A stretch of 38,562 nt of DNA, from NCBI GenBank assembly GCA_012842575.1, contig DUSP01000030.1, positions 1 to 38,562 on the forward strand, in the 5' to 3' direction. Shown here one piece after another: positions 21,311 through 29,386 of the stretch. The notes under the pieces are model-generated. The model saw only the letters and a list, made by a program, of their open reading frames with translations, was not told the DNA's origin and made no database searches. The position numbers and the translations under genes were made by a program. How positions within the stretch are numbered: the stretch's first letter is position 1; each line of letters starts with the position of its first letter. Origin of the DNA: Clostridia bacterium (lineage in GTDB: Bacteria; Bacillota; Sulfobacillia; DUSP01).

Positions 21311-22000
21311 TTGAAAGCCGGGGCCCCGACGCCGCGTAGTTTGGTGGGAGTCCATGAACGGGTCAAGGAGATAAGGGATTGGTATAACTCGGGCAGGGTT
21401 GAACGCACTCTAGTCGCGTTGAAAAACCGAGGATTTGGCGCCGAGTACGTTCGGACTTCGGAGGAGGCCAAAAAGACGATCCTCGAAATGATTCCTGTAA
21501 ACGCCACGATAGGTTTCGGCGGTTCGTTGACGCTGCTTCAGGTGGGTGTTCTACAGGCGCTTAGAGATCGCGGAAATCCAATGATCACAACGGTAGGAGC
21601 GCCGCCTGGCCCCCAGATAATAGAAGAACGCAGGAGAGCCCTTACGTCCGACGTGTTCCTCACGGGATGCAATGCCATCGTGGAGGATGGCCGTCTTGTG
21701 AACATGGACGGCACGGCGAACCGCGTGGCGTCGTTGGTTTTTGGCCCCAAACGCGTCATAGTGGTGGCGGGGATTAACAAGATAGTACCGGACCTCGACT
21801 CCGCCCTGTGGAGGGTGAAGCACGTGGCGGCCCCCATGAATGCCAAGAGGCTCGGGTATAAAACGCCGTGTGCGGAAACAGGAGTCTGCTCCGACTGTTC
21901 GAGCCCCGAGAGGATCTGTAATGTCATCTCCATAGTGGAAAGGCGTCCGAGCATGTCTGACATAACCGTGGTCCTCATCGGTGAGGACCTCGGACTTTGA
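21311..22000 (+). CDS. LUD-domain (DUF162, LutC/YkgG-like) protein with a C-terminal Cys cluster
   Basis: ...IGFGGSLTL...FLTGCNAIVEDGRLVNMDGTANRVASLVFGP..VIVVAGINKIVPDLDSAL.R.K..A.P.NA.RL... followed by CAETGVCSDCSSPERIC. The start codon is uncertain (TTG 21311 or a downstream TTG/GTG). Confidence 0.65.
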   Translation: MKAGAPTPRSLVGVHERVKEIRDWYNSGRVERTLVALKNRGFGAEYVRTSEEAKKTILEMIPVNATIGFGGSLTLLQVGVLQALRDRGNPMITTVGAPPGPQIIEERRRALTSDVFLTGCNAIVEDGRLVNMDGTANRVASLVFGPKRVIVVAGINKIVPDLDSALWRVKHVAAPMNAKRLGYKTPCAETGVCSDCSSPERICNVISIVERRPSMSDITVVLIGEDLGL

Positions 22001-22095
22001 CTTCTCGGTCAGTACGTGGGAAAGGGAGCCAGGGCTTTTTGACGTTCGTAGTGCTGGTGAGTGAGACTTCTCGGTTAGTACTTTGGAAGGGGAGG
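21999..22095. repeat. Imperfect 31-nt direct repeat (26/31 identical) at 21999-22029 and 22065-22095
   Basis: GACTTCTCGGTCAGTACGTGGGAAAGGGAGC versus GACTTCTCGGTTAGTACTTTGGAAGGGGAGG. Copy 1 starts inside the LUD gene stop codon. Copy 2 contains the mtnP SD. Confidence 0.85.
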
Positions 22096-22103
22096 CTTCG
22101 TTG

Positions 22104-22913
22104 ATGAAGGACTTTTCGGCGGAGATCGGGGTAATCGGCGGGACGGGTCTTTACAGCCTCCTTGATGACGTGGTGGAGAAAATGGTAGACACACCCTATG
22201 GTGCGCCTAGCGACAGCATAGCCGTGGGCACGGTCAGGGGGCGCCGGGTGGCGTTCTTGCCTCGCCATGGGAAACATCACCAGTATCCCCCACATGTCAT
22301 AAACTACAGGGCCAATCTGTGGGCACTGAAGGAGCTGGGAGTCACCGCAGTCTTGTCACCGTGCGCCGTGGGGAGTCTCAAACCCGAGATCAGACCAGGT
22401 GACTTCGTCATTTGCGACCAGTTTGTCGACCGGACTACGGGTCGAAAAGATACTTTCTACGATGGTCCCGTGACCACACACGTCAGTACGGCCGACCCAT
22501 ATTGCCCCGTACTGAGGGAGGTAGCCGTATCGGTATGTAAGCGCGAAGGCGTTCCCTTCCATGACAAAGGGACTATTGTGGTCATCCAGGGACCGCGTTT
22601 TTCAACCAGGGCGGAAAGCCGATGGTTCAACCGGATGGGTTGGGACGTAATCAATATGACCCAATACCCGGAGGTCGTCCTGGCAAGGGAGATCGGTCTT
22701 TGTTTCGTGAATATCTCCCTGGTAACCGATTACGACGTGGGTCTTGAGGGAAGGGACGACATCCTCCCGGTCACCCACGAGGAAGTGGTTCGGGTATTCA
22801 AGGAAAATACGGAGCGTCTACGGTCTCTGATTTTCTCCGTCATCGAACAGATTCCGGCCAAAAGGGCTTGCCGCTGCCGTGAGTTGCCCAAAGAGGGGCG
22901 ACTAGAGACGTGA
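22104..22913 (+). CDS. mtnP: S-methyl-5'-thioadenosine phosphorylase
   Basis: IGVIGGTGLY...PYG.PSD...G...G..V.FLPRHG..H...P..INYRANLWALKELGV is the MTAP signature. The ATG at 22104 lies 8 nt after GGAAGGGGAGG. Confidence 0.9.
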   Translation: MKDFSAEIGVIGGTGLYSLLDDVVEKMVDTPYGAPSDSIAVGTVRGRRVAFLPRHGKHHQYPPHVINYRANLWALKELGVTAVLSPCAVGSLKPEIRPGDFVICDQFVDRTTGRKDTFYDGPVTTHVSTADPYCPVLREVAVSVCKREGVPFHDKGTIVVIQGPRFSTRAESRWFNRMGWDVINMTQYPEVVLAREIGLCFVNISLVTDYDVGLEGRDDILPVTHEEVVRVFKENTERLRSLIFSVIEQIPAKRACRCRELPKEGRLET

Positions 22914-24130
22914 GGCCCGAGACGAGCGCCGATGTGAGCGACGTAAACGTAGATGTTACGGGCGAACACGGCATTGCAGCCGAACACGGCCGGTGGCGAA
23001 CCGGAATGCTTTCACCGTTACGCTTCACCGGCGATGCCGTCTACATGGTCGACCAGCGGCTTTTACCGTTTGAATTCGAGGAAGTCAGGTGTGAAACCGC
23101 CGAAGACGTGGCAAAGGCCATTCGTACGATGACAGTGAGAGGGGCCCCCGCCATAGGTATCGCGGCGGCGTACGGAATGGCCCTGGCGGCGCGGAGGGCG
23201 GCGGAGGAAAATACTGAGGAAAATAGAGGTGCTGCCGACGCGGATCTCAGAGGATTCTTAAAGGAGATGACGCGCGCGGCCGAGGTCTTGAAAGCCGCAC
23301 GTCCCACTGCCGTAAACCTCGCGTGGGCGGTGGACAGGATGCTGGGGAAAGCACATCAAACCGTTGCCGAGGTGAAGGCCCGAGCCGTCGCCGGAGCGAA
23401 AACCCAAACCGTTACCCAGTCGACGTTGAAACATATAGCGGAAGACCTCGCCGTGGAAGCCCTCAAAATACACCAAGAGGACGTCGCGGTCAATAAACTC
23501 ATCGGCTCTCACGGGGCGCATCTAATCGGGGAGGGATACGGGGTCCTGACTCACTGCAATGCTGGGGCCCTCGCTACCGGCGGCTATGGCACCGCCCTCG
23601 GTGTAATACGGGCGGCATGGGAAAAGGGAAAGAGATTCAAGGTCTTCGTAGATGAGACGCGCCCCTTTCTTCAGGGCGCACGGCTTACGGCTTGGGAACT
23701 CTTGCAGGATGGGATCGATGCTGTCCTGATAACGTACAATATGGCGGCGTACTTCATGTGGAAGGGCGATCTTAACATTGTAATAGTGGGCGCAGATAGG
23801 GTGGCCGCCAATGGTGACGTGGCCAACAAAATCGGTACTTACGGGCTTGCAGTCCTAGCCCGGGAGCACGGCATACCCTTTTACGTCGCCGCGCCCATAT
23901 CGACCCTCGATATATCGACTCCCAACGGGAGTGCCATACCTATAGAGGAACGCGATAGGGCTGAGGTCGTCGTCATAAACGGAAAGGAAGTGGCACCGGC
24001 CGGGGTGGCGGTTCGCAACCCCGCCTTTGACGTGACCCCGGCGCGGTACGTGACGGGCATTATCACCGAGAAGGGCATAATTTATCCGCCGTACGAGATT
24101 AATCTTGATAGGGTGATGAGGGGTGCTTGA
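22910..24130 (+). CDS. mtnA: S-methyl-5-thioribose-1-phosphate isomerase (eIF-2B alpha/beta/delta family)
   Basis: [80 protein letters not shown] and AFDVTPA motifs. The start is either GTG 22910 (GTGA overlap with mtnP) or ATG 23006. Confidence 0.9.
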   Translation: MRPETSADVSDVNVDVTGEHGIAAEHGRWRTGMLSPLRFTGDAVYMVDQRLLPFEFEEVRCETAEDVAKAIRTMTVRGAPAIGIAAAYGMALAARRAAEENTEENRGAADADLRGFLKEMTRAAEVLKAARPTAVNLAWAVDRMLGKAHQTVAEVKARAVAGAKTQTVTQSTLKHIAEDLAVEALKIHQEDVAVNKLIGSHGAHLIGEGYGVLTHCNAGALATGGYGTALGVIRAAWEKGKRFKVFVDETRPFLQGARLTAWELLQDGIDAVLITYNMAAYFMWKGDLNIVIVGADRVAANGDVANKIGTYGLAVLAREHGIPFYVAAPISTLDISTPNGSAIPIEERDRAEVVVINGKEVAPAGVAVRNPAFDVTPARYVTGIITEKGIIYPPYEINLDRVMRGA

Positions 24131-25481
24131 CGTTAAATTCATTCGCCAGAACCCGGACTTGGTCAGGGATGCCGTGAAGAAAAAGGGCATGGACGGCGAG
24201 GTGGACATCGACAGGATCCTCGAGCTCGACGGGCGGCGGCGGTCCATCCTATCCGAGGTAGAGAAGGAAAAGTACCGCAGGAACACGGTGTCGGAGAAGA
24301 TCGGCGAGATGAAAAAACGCGGCGAGGAACCCGTTGGCCTTCTCGAAGAAATGAAAGCGGTGTCTTCGCACATAAAAGAACTCGATGAGGAAGTCGCGCG
24401 AATAGAGGAGGAACTTCAGGAACTCTTGCTATGGGTCCCGAATCCCCCTCATCCGAGTGTTCCTGTGGGGCCGGATGAAACGGGGAATGTAGAGGTGCGC
24501 CGGTGGGGTACACCGAGGGAGTTTGCGTTCGAGCCCAAGGCGCACTGGGATATCGGGTCGAATCTCGGCATCCTCGACTTCGAACGTGCTACCAAAATTG
24601 CGGGTTCGCGCTTCACGGTGTTCTGGGGCGTCGGAGCGAGACTCGTCCGCGCCCTCATCTCCTTCATGATCGACTTGCACGTAAAAGAACAGGGGTATAC
24701 GGAAGTCCTTCCTCCTTTCATGGTCAATGAGAAGGCCATGATCGGTACGGCCCAACTCCCCAAGTTCGCTGAAGACGCATTTCGCCTGGCCGGCGATGGA
24801 TTTTATCTCGTCCCGACGGCGGAAGTCCCCGTGACCAATTTGCATAGGGAGGAAATCCTGGACGGCTCGGAGTTGCCTTTGTATTATGTAGCCTACACCC
24901 CATGCTTTAGGTCCGAGGCGGGCTCCCACGGAAAGGATACGAGAGGGCTGATACGTCAGCATCAGTTCGACAAAGTGGAATTGGTCAAATTCGTTTTGCC
25001 AGAAACGTCCTTCGAGGAGCTCGAACGACTGACCGAGGATGCAGCCGAAGTATTGAGGCGGCTGGATCTGCCGTATAGGGTCATCGAAATGTGCACGGGG
25101 GATATGGGTTTCGCCCAAGCTAAGAAGTACGATATCGAGGTATGGATGCCGAGTTACGGGCGATACGTGGAGATCTCGTCGTGTAGCAACTTCGGGGATT
25201 TCCAGGCGAGGAGGGCCAACATCCGGTTTCGGAGAACCGCACGTTCGCGGCCAGAATACGTTCATACGTTAAATGGATCCGGACTCGCCGTCGGCAGGAC
25301 GGTAGCGGCCATATTGGAAAACTGCCAAGAGGCCGACGGCAGTGTCACCGTGCCACGTGAGCTACGACCCTACCTCGGTGGCCTCAAACGTATAGAGGGT
25401 CGTTCGGAAAAGGACCCGGCTACTGCCGAATTTGACGAAAAACCGCAAAAACCGGGAAGAAGGCCGCCCGTATCCAAATGA
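24123..25481 (+). CDS. serS: Seryl-tRNA synthetase
   Basis: [12 protein letters not shown], an N-terminal coiled-coil, class II motifs (FRSEAGS.GKDTRGL.R.HQF.KVE) and GSGLAVGRT. The GTG start overlaps the mtnA stop by 8 nt. Confidence 0.97.
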   Translation: MLDVKFIRQNPDLVRDAVKKKGMDGEVDIDRILELDGRRRSILSEVEKEKYRRNTVSEKIGEMKKRGEEPVGLLEEMKAVSSHIKELDEEVARIEEELQELLLWVPNPPHPSVPVGPDETGNVEVRRWGTPREFAFEPKAHWDIGSNLGILDFERATKIAGSRFTVFWGVGARLVRALISFMIDLHVKEQGYTEVLPPFMVNEKAMIGTAQLPKFAEDAFRLAGDGFYLVPTAEVPVTNLHREEILDGSELPLYYVAYTPCFRSEAGSHGKDTRGLIRQHQFDKVELVKFVLPETSFEELERLTEDAAEVLRRLDLPYRVIEMCTGDMGFAQAKKYDIEVWMPSYGRYVEISSCSNFGDFQARRANIRFRRTARSRPEYVHTLNGSGLAVGRTVAAILENCQEADGSVTVPRELRPYLGGLKRIEGRSEKDPATAEFDEKPQKPGRRPPVSK

Positions 25482-25485
25482 TCGA

Positions 25486-25514
25486 TTGACACGGCATGGG
25501 GCATGTGCTATAGT
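25486..25514 (+). promoter_or_regulatory. Near-consensus sigma-A promoter (TTGACA, 17-nt spacer, TATAGT)
   Basis: -35 at 25486-25491 and -10 at 25509-25514, with an exact 17-nt spacer. It lies just after the serS stop and upstream of the tRNA cluster. Confidence 0.75.
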
Positions 25515-25526
25515 CCTGTTGGTACT

Positions 25527-25740
25527 AAAGGCAGCACGCTGGACGCAGGAGACGTTGCAGCAGCTTTCTCACCACACATAGTACGAGCACTTTGCGCATA
25601 AGCGACGCTTCTTAGACGAAGCAATGTACGGTGCAAGAAACGAGTTTCGTAGCTATCAAACCACATTGCCGACATTACAAAGACGCATGGGGTCGTAGTA
25701 TTGGTTTCCGGTAATATTCCGATGCCCAGCGTCTGCCTTT
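25527..25740 (+). ncRNA. Candidate structured RNA (~214 nt, family unknown) closed by a 15-bp terminal stem, immediately upstream of tRNA-Ser
   Basis: AAAGGCAG(C)ACGCTGG at 25527-25542 pairs with CCAGCGT-CTGCCTTT at 25726-25740 (8 + 7 bp, one bulged C). Internal helices include 25621-25627/25663-25669 (7 bp), 25590-25594/25678-25682 and 25579-25586/25693-25700. There is no ORF, and GC appears lower than in the flanks. Confidence 0.4.
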
Positions 25741-25747
25741 ATCTATG

Positions 25748-25837
25748 GGAGGGGTGGCGGAGCGGTTGAACGCGGCGGTCTTGAAAACCGTTAGGGGCGC
25801 AAGTCCCTCGGGGGTTCGAATCCCTCCCCCTCCGCCA
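25748..25837 (+). tRNA. tRNA-Ser (anticodon TGA)
   Basis: Manual cloverleaf: acceptor GGAGGGG/CCCCTCC, anticodon loop CTTGAAA, long variable arm, TTCGAAT T-loop and encoded CCA. Confidence 0.93.
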
Positions 25838-25894
25838 TTGTGGTTACGCTGATTGTGTGTTATCATCTGTGATGATTGATGCTGTAATGCGGTA

Positions 25895-25987
25895 GGAGGG
25901 GTGGCTGAGTGGTCGAAAGCAGCCGCCTGCTAAGCGGTTGAGGGGACTAAATCTCCTCCGCGGGTTCGAATCCCGCCCCCTCCGCCA
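25895..25987 (+). tRNA. tRNA-Ser (anticodon GCT)
   Basis: Acceptor GGAGGGG/CCCCTCC, anticodon loop CTGCTAA, long variable arm and encoded CCA. Confidence 0.93.
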
Positions 25988-26114
25988 CGAATCCCAAAAG
26001 CCCGAAGCAAAAAGGGCTTGGCGATACGGCCCGGCGATAGGGCCCCAAAACGAAGGAATAGCGAGAGAAACCGAGAGGAAATAAGGGCAAGAGGGATAAA
26101 TCGAGTAAAGAGGA

Positions 26115-26190
26115 GCGCCCGTAGCTCAGCGGATAGAGTGACGGACTACGAATCCGGAGGCCGCAGGTTCAAATCCTGCCGGGCGCACCA
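26115..26190 (+). tRNA. tRNA-Arg (anticodon ACG)
   Basis: Acceptor GCGCCCG/CGGGCGC, anticodon loop CTACGAA, TTCAAAT T-loop and encoded CCA. Confidence 0.93.
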
Positions 26191-26229
26191 TTCAGGTGAC
26201 GTGATAAAAAGTCAGATAAAGAGGCAGAT

Positions 26230-26306
26230 GCGCCCGTAGCTCAGGTGGACAGAGCAGGGGTTTCCTAAACCCCGTGCCGGGGGTTCGAGTCCTCCCGGGC
26301 GCACCA
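26230..26306 (+). tRNA. tRNA-Arg (anticodon CCT)
   Basis: Acceptor GCGCCCG/CGGGCGC, anticodon loop TTCCTAA, TTCGAGT T-loop and encoded CCA. Confidence 0.93.
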
Positions 26307-26327
26307 TTTTTATCCGAAGTTTTAACC

Positions 26328-26424
26328 AGGGTTTTATTTAGGTTGTCTGAGGGTTTATCCGAGCTTTGTCTGGGGCTTTGTTTGAACCTTCATCTAGGGC
26401 TTTATTCTAGGGCTGTGAAGTCAA
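26328..26424 (+). repeat. Degenerate ~22-23-nt tandem repeat array (4-5 units starting RGGG(C)TTT and ending TCT(G)) in the tRNA-Arg to tadA spacer
   Basis: Units begin at 26328, 26350, 26373, 26396 and 26409. Examples are AGGGTTTTATTTAGGTTGTCTG, AGGGTTTATCCGAGCTTTGTCTG and GGGCTTTGTTTGAACCTTCATCT. The array is G/T-rich on the plus strand. Confidence 0.7.
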
Positions 26425-26889
26425 GTGGGTCACCGCGAGTTCATGGCCGTTGCGCTCGATGCCGCAAGGCTTTCGGCGTCCCGTGGCGAGGTTCCGGTAG
26501 GAGCCGTGATAGTCAAGGGCAACGAGATCGTGAGCGTCAAGGGCAACGCTCGCGAGGAAACCAACGATCCCACGGCTCATGCCGAGATACTGGCGATCAG
26601 GGAGGCGGCCGAGAGGCTCTCGAGCTGGAGGTTGCTCGGGACCATTTTATACGTTACTCTCGAACCGTGCCCCATGTGCGCGGGAGCCATTATCCAGGCC
26701 CGAATTCCCTTATTGGTTTTTGGCGCAAGGGATCCCAAGGCCGGGGCGTGCGGTTCCGTAGTCAACTTACTGCCGGCTGACGGAGATCGTCTTTTTGGCC
26801 ATAAAGTGAATGTAATAGAAGGGATAATGGAAGAAGAGTGCCGGGCGTTGCTGAGCACTTTCTTCGAAGAAAGACGGGCCCAGAGATGA
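26425..26889 (+). CDS. tadA: tRNA-specific adenosine-34 deaminase TadA
   Basis: The CDA zinc motifs HAEILAIREAA and LEPCPMCAGAI, at ~150 aa. GTG start. Confidence 0.93.
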   Translation: MGHREFMAVALDAARLSASRGEVPVGAVIVKGNEIVSVKGNAREETNDPTAHAEILAIREAAERLSSWRLLGTILYVTLEPCPMCAGAIIQARIPLLVFGARDPKAGACGSVVNLLPADGDRLFGHKVNVIEGIMEEECRALLSTFFEERRAQR

Positions 26890-26957
26890 AAAGCCCGGAC
26901 ATAACCCTGACATAAAAAGTAAAGCGAAGGAAGGATCTCGAGGCCATATAGTTCCGC

Positions 26958-27050
26958 GGAGGGATGCCGGAGCGGTTGAACGGGCCCGTCTCGAAAACGG
27001 GTAGGCGGCCAAAAGTTGCCTCGTGGGTTCGAATCCCACTCCCTCCGCCA
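26958..27050 (+). tRNA. tRNA-Ser (anticodon CGA)
   Basis: Acceptor GGAGGGA/TCCCTCC, anticodon stem CCCGT/ACGGG, loop CTCGAAA, long variable arm and CCA. Confidence 0.93.
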
Positions 27051-27076
27051 CTGATGATCCATTGACGACTGACTGC

Positions 27077-27169
27077 GGAAGGGTGCCGGAGCGGTTGAAC
27101 GGGCTCGCCTGGAGAGCGAGTAGACGGGCAAAACCTGTCTCGTGGGTTCAAATCCCACCCCTTCCGCCA
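27077..27169 (+). tRNA. tRNA-Ser (anticodon GGA)
   Basis: Acceptor GGAAGGG/CCCTTCC, anticodon stem CTCGC/GCGAG, loop CTGGAGA, long variable arm and CCA. Confidence 0.93.
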
Positions 27170-27199
27170 TAAGTTTAATTGAGATGTTGATGGAGCATT

Positions 27200-27470
27200 G
27201 GCCGTGCTAGGCGGGGAGGTAGCGGTGCCCTGTAACCCGCAATCCGCTAAAGCGGGGCTGAATCCCCGCCCGAGACCCGCTCTCTTCGGAGCCAGGGCCG
27301 CCGCGTGCGGCGTTGAACGCCGGGCCCCACGCAACGCATACTTGTGAACCCCGCCAGGACCGGGAGGTAGCAACGGTAAGCAAGACCATGCGTGTGCCGT
27401 GGGCGAACCTGACGGGAGCCGACCGCGACGGTGACGTCCGGGGAGGAGGGCCGGAGGCGGGTGCACGGCC
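27200..27470 (+). ncRNA. ffs: Signal recognition particle RNA, long Bacillus type with an Alu domain (scRNA)
   Basis: The 5' GGCCGTGCTAGGCGGGGAGGTAGCGGTGCCCTGTAACCCGCAATCCGCT parallels the B. subtilis scRNA Alu domain. The domain IV core is GCCAGGACCGGGAGGTAGCAACGG. The 3' GCACGGCC pairs with the 5' end. The position upstream of dnaX matches Bacillus. Confidence 0.9.
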
Positions 27471-27493
27471 ATTTGAATTTCGGGGTGATCCGT

Positions 27494-29362
27494 TTGCACC
27501 TGGCGCTTTATCGCCGGTGGCGCCCGCAGACCTTTTCGGAGGTACGCGGCCAAGAGCATGTCGTTCGGATACTGCAAAGCGCTCTCAGACTCCGGAGGAT
27601 ATCCCACGCATACGTGTTCGCCGGCCCGAGGGGGACCGGCAAGACCTCCGTCGCGAGGATCCTCGCCAAGGCCCTCAATTGCCGTGAAGGGCCTGCTCCG
27701 GAACCATGTAATCGTTGCCCTATGTGCGTATCCATCACGGAAGGCAGGTCCGTCGATGTACTCGAAATCGATGCTGCCTCCAATCGCGGCATCGACGAGA
27801 TAAGGGACCTGCGGGAGAAGGTTCAGTTCCTGCCCGCCGAGGGTCGCTACCGAGTTTACATCATCGACGAAGTTCACATGCTTACACCTGAGGCCTTCAA
27901 CGCGTTACTGAAGACCATCGAAGAACCTCCAAACCACGCTATCTTCATTCTTGCCACCACGGAGCTCCATAAAGTGCCGCTGACGCTCCTTTCACGATGT
28001 CAGAGGTTCGACTTTCGGAGACTCTCGACGGCCGAGATCGTGGAACACCTAAAGGTGGTGGCCGATGCCGGAGGGATCGCGGTGGACGCATCCGGCTTGC
28101 TTGCCATCGCGTCGTCTGCTGACGGCGCTTTACGCGACGCCCTATCATACCTCGAACTCGCCTCTCTTTATACCGCTCTGCCGATAACCGAAGAAATCGT
28201 TTGGAAGGTTTTGGGCAAAACCCGACGGAGTCTATGTCAACGCCTCAAGCAGGCGGTTTTTGAGAGGGATGTTGCCGGACTCTTGAGTGCAATAGAAGAG
28301 GCGATGTCCTCCGGTGCGGATCCGCGCCAGCTCGTGAAGGATTTCATGGAGTACCTGAGGGGCGAGCTCCTTTCCCTTGTGGAGGGTAAACAGCGACATC
28401 CGGTAGGGTTGGGGGAGCTGGCGGACCAGGTTCAAGGGATTGACGGTAAGCGTATGACGGGGCGTATGACGGGGCTTGAGGGAGATGCTGGGTCCGGTGA
28501 GGATATAGGTAAAGTCACATGGCTCTTGAGAGAACTTTCCAAACTCGACGTCCAGATGAAGTCCAGTTCGCTCCCACGCGTTGCCCTGGAGGCGGGTCTC
28601 ATCGACGCATGCGTGACGGGTTACCCGGCCCTGAGTGCCGGTGTTGGGGCTTTACCTCAGGCAGCGCACCAAAGCGCTAGACCCAGCGCTAAACCCCAAG
28701 ACACCGACCTCGAAGGCGCTGGACCGCTACGGGGTATCAAACTCGAGGGCGCCGAAGCGGAGGGTGCCAAACCTGAGGGCGTCGAAGCCGAAGGCGCCAA
28801 ACCCAAAGGCGCCAAACCCGAAGGCGCCAAACTCGAGGGCTTCAGTCCCGAGGGCACCAAGCCCCAAAGCACTAGATCCGAAAGCCCTTTACGGCCCAGG
28901 GGTACGCCGCCAGAGCATAAACCCCACGACGCCATATCCGAAAGCGCCGCACTGGACAAGGTTTCAAATGCGTGGCCTTCCATTATGGAGCGCATCAAGA
29001 AAACCTCTTTGCCGGTGCACGCGTTTTTGCTCGCGGCCAAGCCAGTTAAAGTGGAATCCGATACCTTGATCCTCGAATTCAGCCTGGAATTCCACAAAGA
29101 AAAAGCGAGCGCTCCCGACAATTGCAGAATCATCGAGAAAGAGATCAAGAAAGTCACGGGTCTCGCGCTGAAAGTGGCGTGCAAGATGGCACGTAGGGTA
29201 AAGGGGCCTGGACCCGAGACGTCCGGTAACGTGGAGATAGCGGCCGGAACCGATATAGGGTCAGAAACAGCCGAGGGCAAAGATCTCCTGCTCAGGTTGT
29301 CCCGAGAGTTTGAAGGCGAAATAGTGCCAGGGGGATGGCCCGGTTCCAGCGGCTCCATATGA
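27494..29362 (+). CDS. dnaX: DNA polymerase III subunit gamma/tau
   Basis: LYRRWRPQTFSEV.GQEHV, Walker A GPRGTGKTS, a Zn module CNRCPMC, and DEVHML. I prefer the TTG at 27494 (SD-like GGGGTGATC upstream). The track's start at 27431 would overlap the SRP RNA. Confidence 0.93.
   Translation: MHLALYRRWRPQTFSEVRGQEHVVRILQSALRLRRISHAYVFAGPRGTGKTSVARILAKALNCREGPAPEPCNRCPMCVSITEGRSVDVLEIDAASNRGIDEIRDLREKVQFLPAEGRYRVYIIDEVHMLTPEAFNALLKTIEEPPNHAIFILATTELHKVPLTLLSRCQRFDFRRLSTAEIVEHLKVVADAGGIAVDASGLLAIASSADGALRDALSYLELASLYTALPITEEIVWKVLGKTRRSLCQRLKQAVFERDVAGLLSAIEEAMSSGADPRQLVKDFMEYLRGELLSLVEGKQRHPVGLGELADQVQGIDGKRMTGRMTGLEGDAGSGEDIGKVTWLLRELSKLDVQMKSSSLPRVALEAGLIDACVTGYPALSAGVGALPQAAHQSARPSAKPQDTDLEGAGPLRGIKLEGAEAEGAKPEGVEAEGAKPKGAKPEGAKLEGFSPEGTKPQSTRSESPLRPRGTPPEHKPHDAISESAALDKVSNAWPSIMERIKKTSLPVHAFLLAAKPVKVESDTLILEFSLEFHKEKASAPDNCRIIEKEIKKVTGLALKVACKMARRVKGPGPETSGNVEIAAGTDIGSETAEGKDLLLRLSREFEGEIVPGGWPGSSGSI
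28739..28873 (+). repeat. In-frame 15-nt tandem repeat array (9 units; pentapeptide K-P/L-E-G-A-like) inside dnaX
   Basis: The units are AAACTCGAGGGCGCC, GAAGCGGAGGGTGCC, AAACCTGAGGGCGTC, GAAGCCGAAGGCGCC, AAACCCAAAGGCGCC, AAACCCGAAGGCGCC, AAACTCGAGGGCTTC, AGTCCCGAGGGCACC and AAGCCCCAAAGCACT. Confidence 0.9.
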
Positions 29363-29386
29363 GTCATGCGATGAGGAGTGAAAGCG

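Noticed and set aside
24429-25265. A 278-aa minus-strand ORF antisense to serS, and the similar antisense ORF 28657-29409 opposite dnaX.
   Set aside because: These are shadow ORFs of strongly supported genes. The dnaX one simply mirrors the 15-nt repeat (SGLAPS...) and has no independent signals.
27431-27493. dnaX start at 27431, as in the ORF track.
   Set aside because: It would overlap the 3' 40 nt of the SRP RNA. The conserved DnaX N-terminus (LYRRWRPQTF) begins right after the TTG at 27494, which has an SD-like GGGGTGATC upstream.
26018-27877. ORFs 26018-26239, 26274-26780, 26577-27170 (-), 26762-27877 (-) and 26767-27051 (-).
   Set aside because: They run through tRNA genes, tadA (out of frame or antisense) and the SRP RNA. 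They are artefacts of stop-poor, GC-rich structured RNA genes.
27494-29362. Programmed -1 frameshift site producing gamma from dnaX (E. coli-style A AAA AAG plus hairpin).
   Set aside because: I found no A-rich heptamer slippery site followed by a stable hairpin at the expected domain III/IV boundary. The only A-run (around 29095-29105) is near the C-terminus, so this cannot be supported from sequence.
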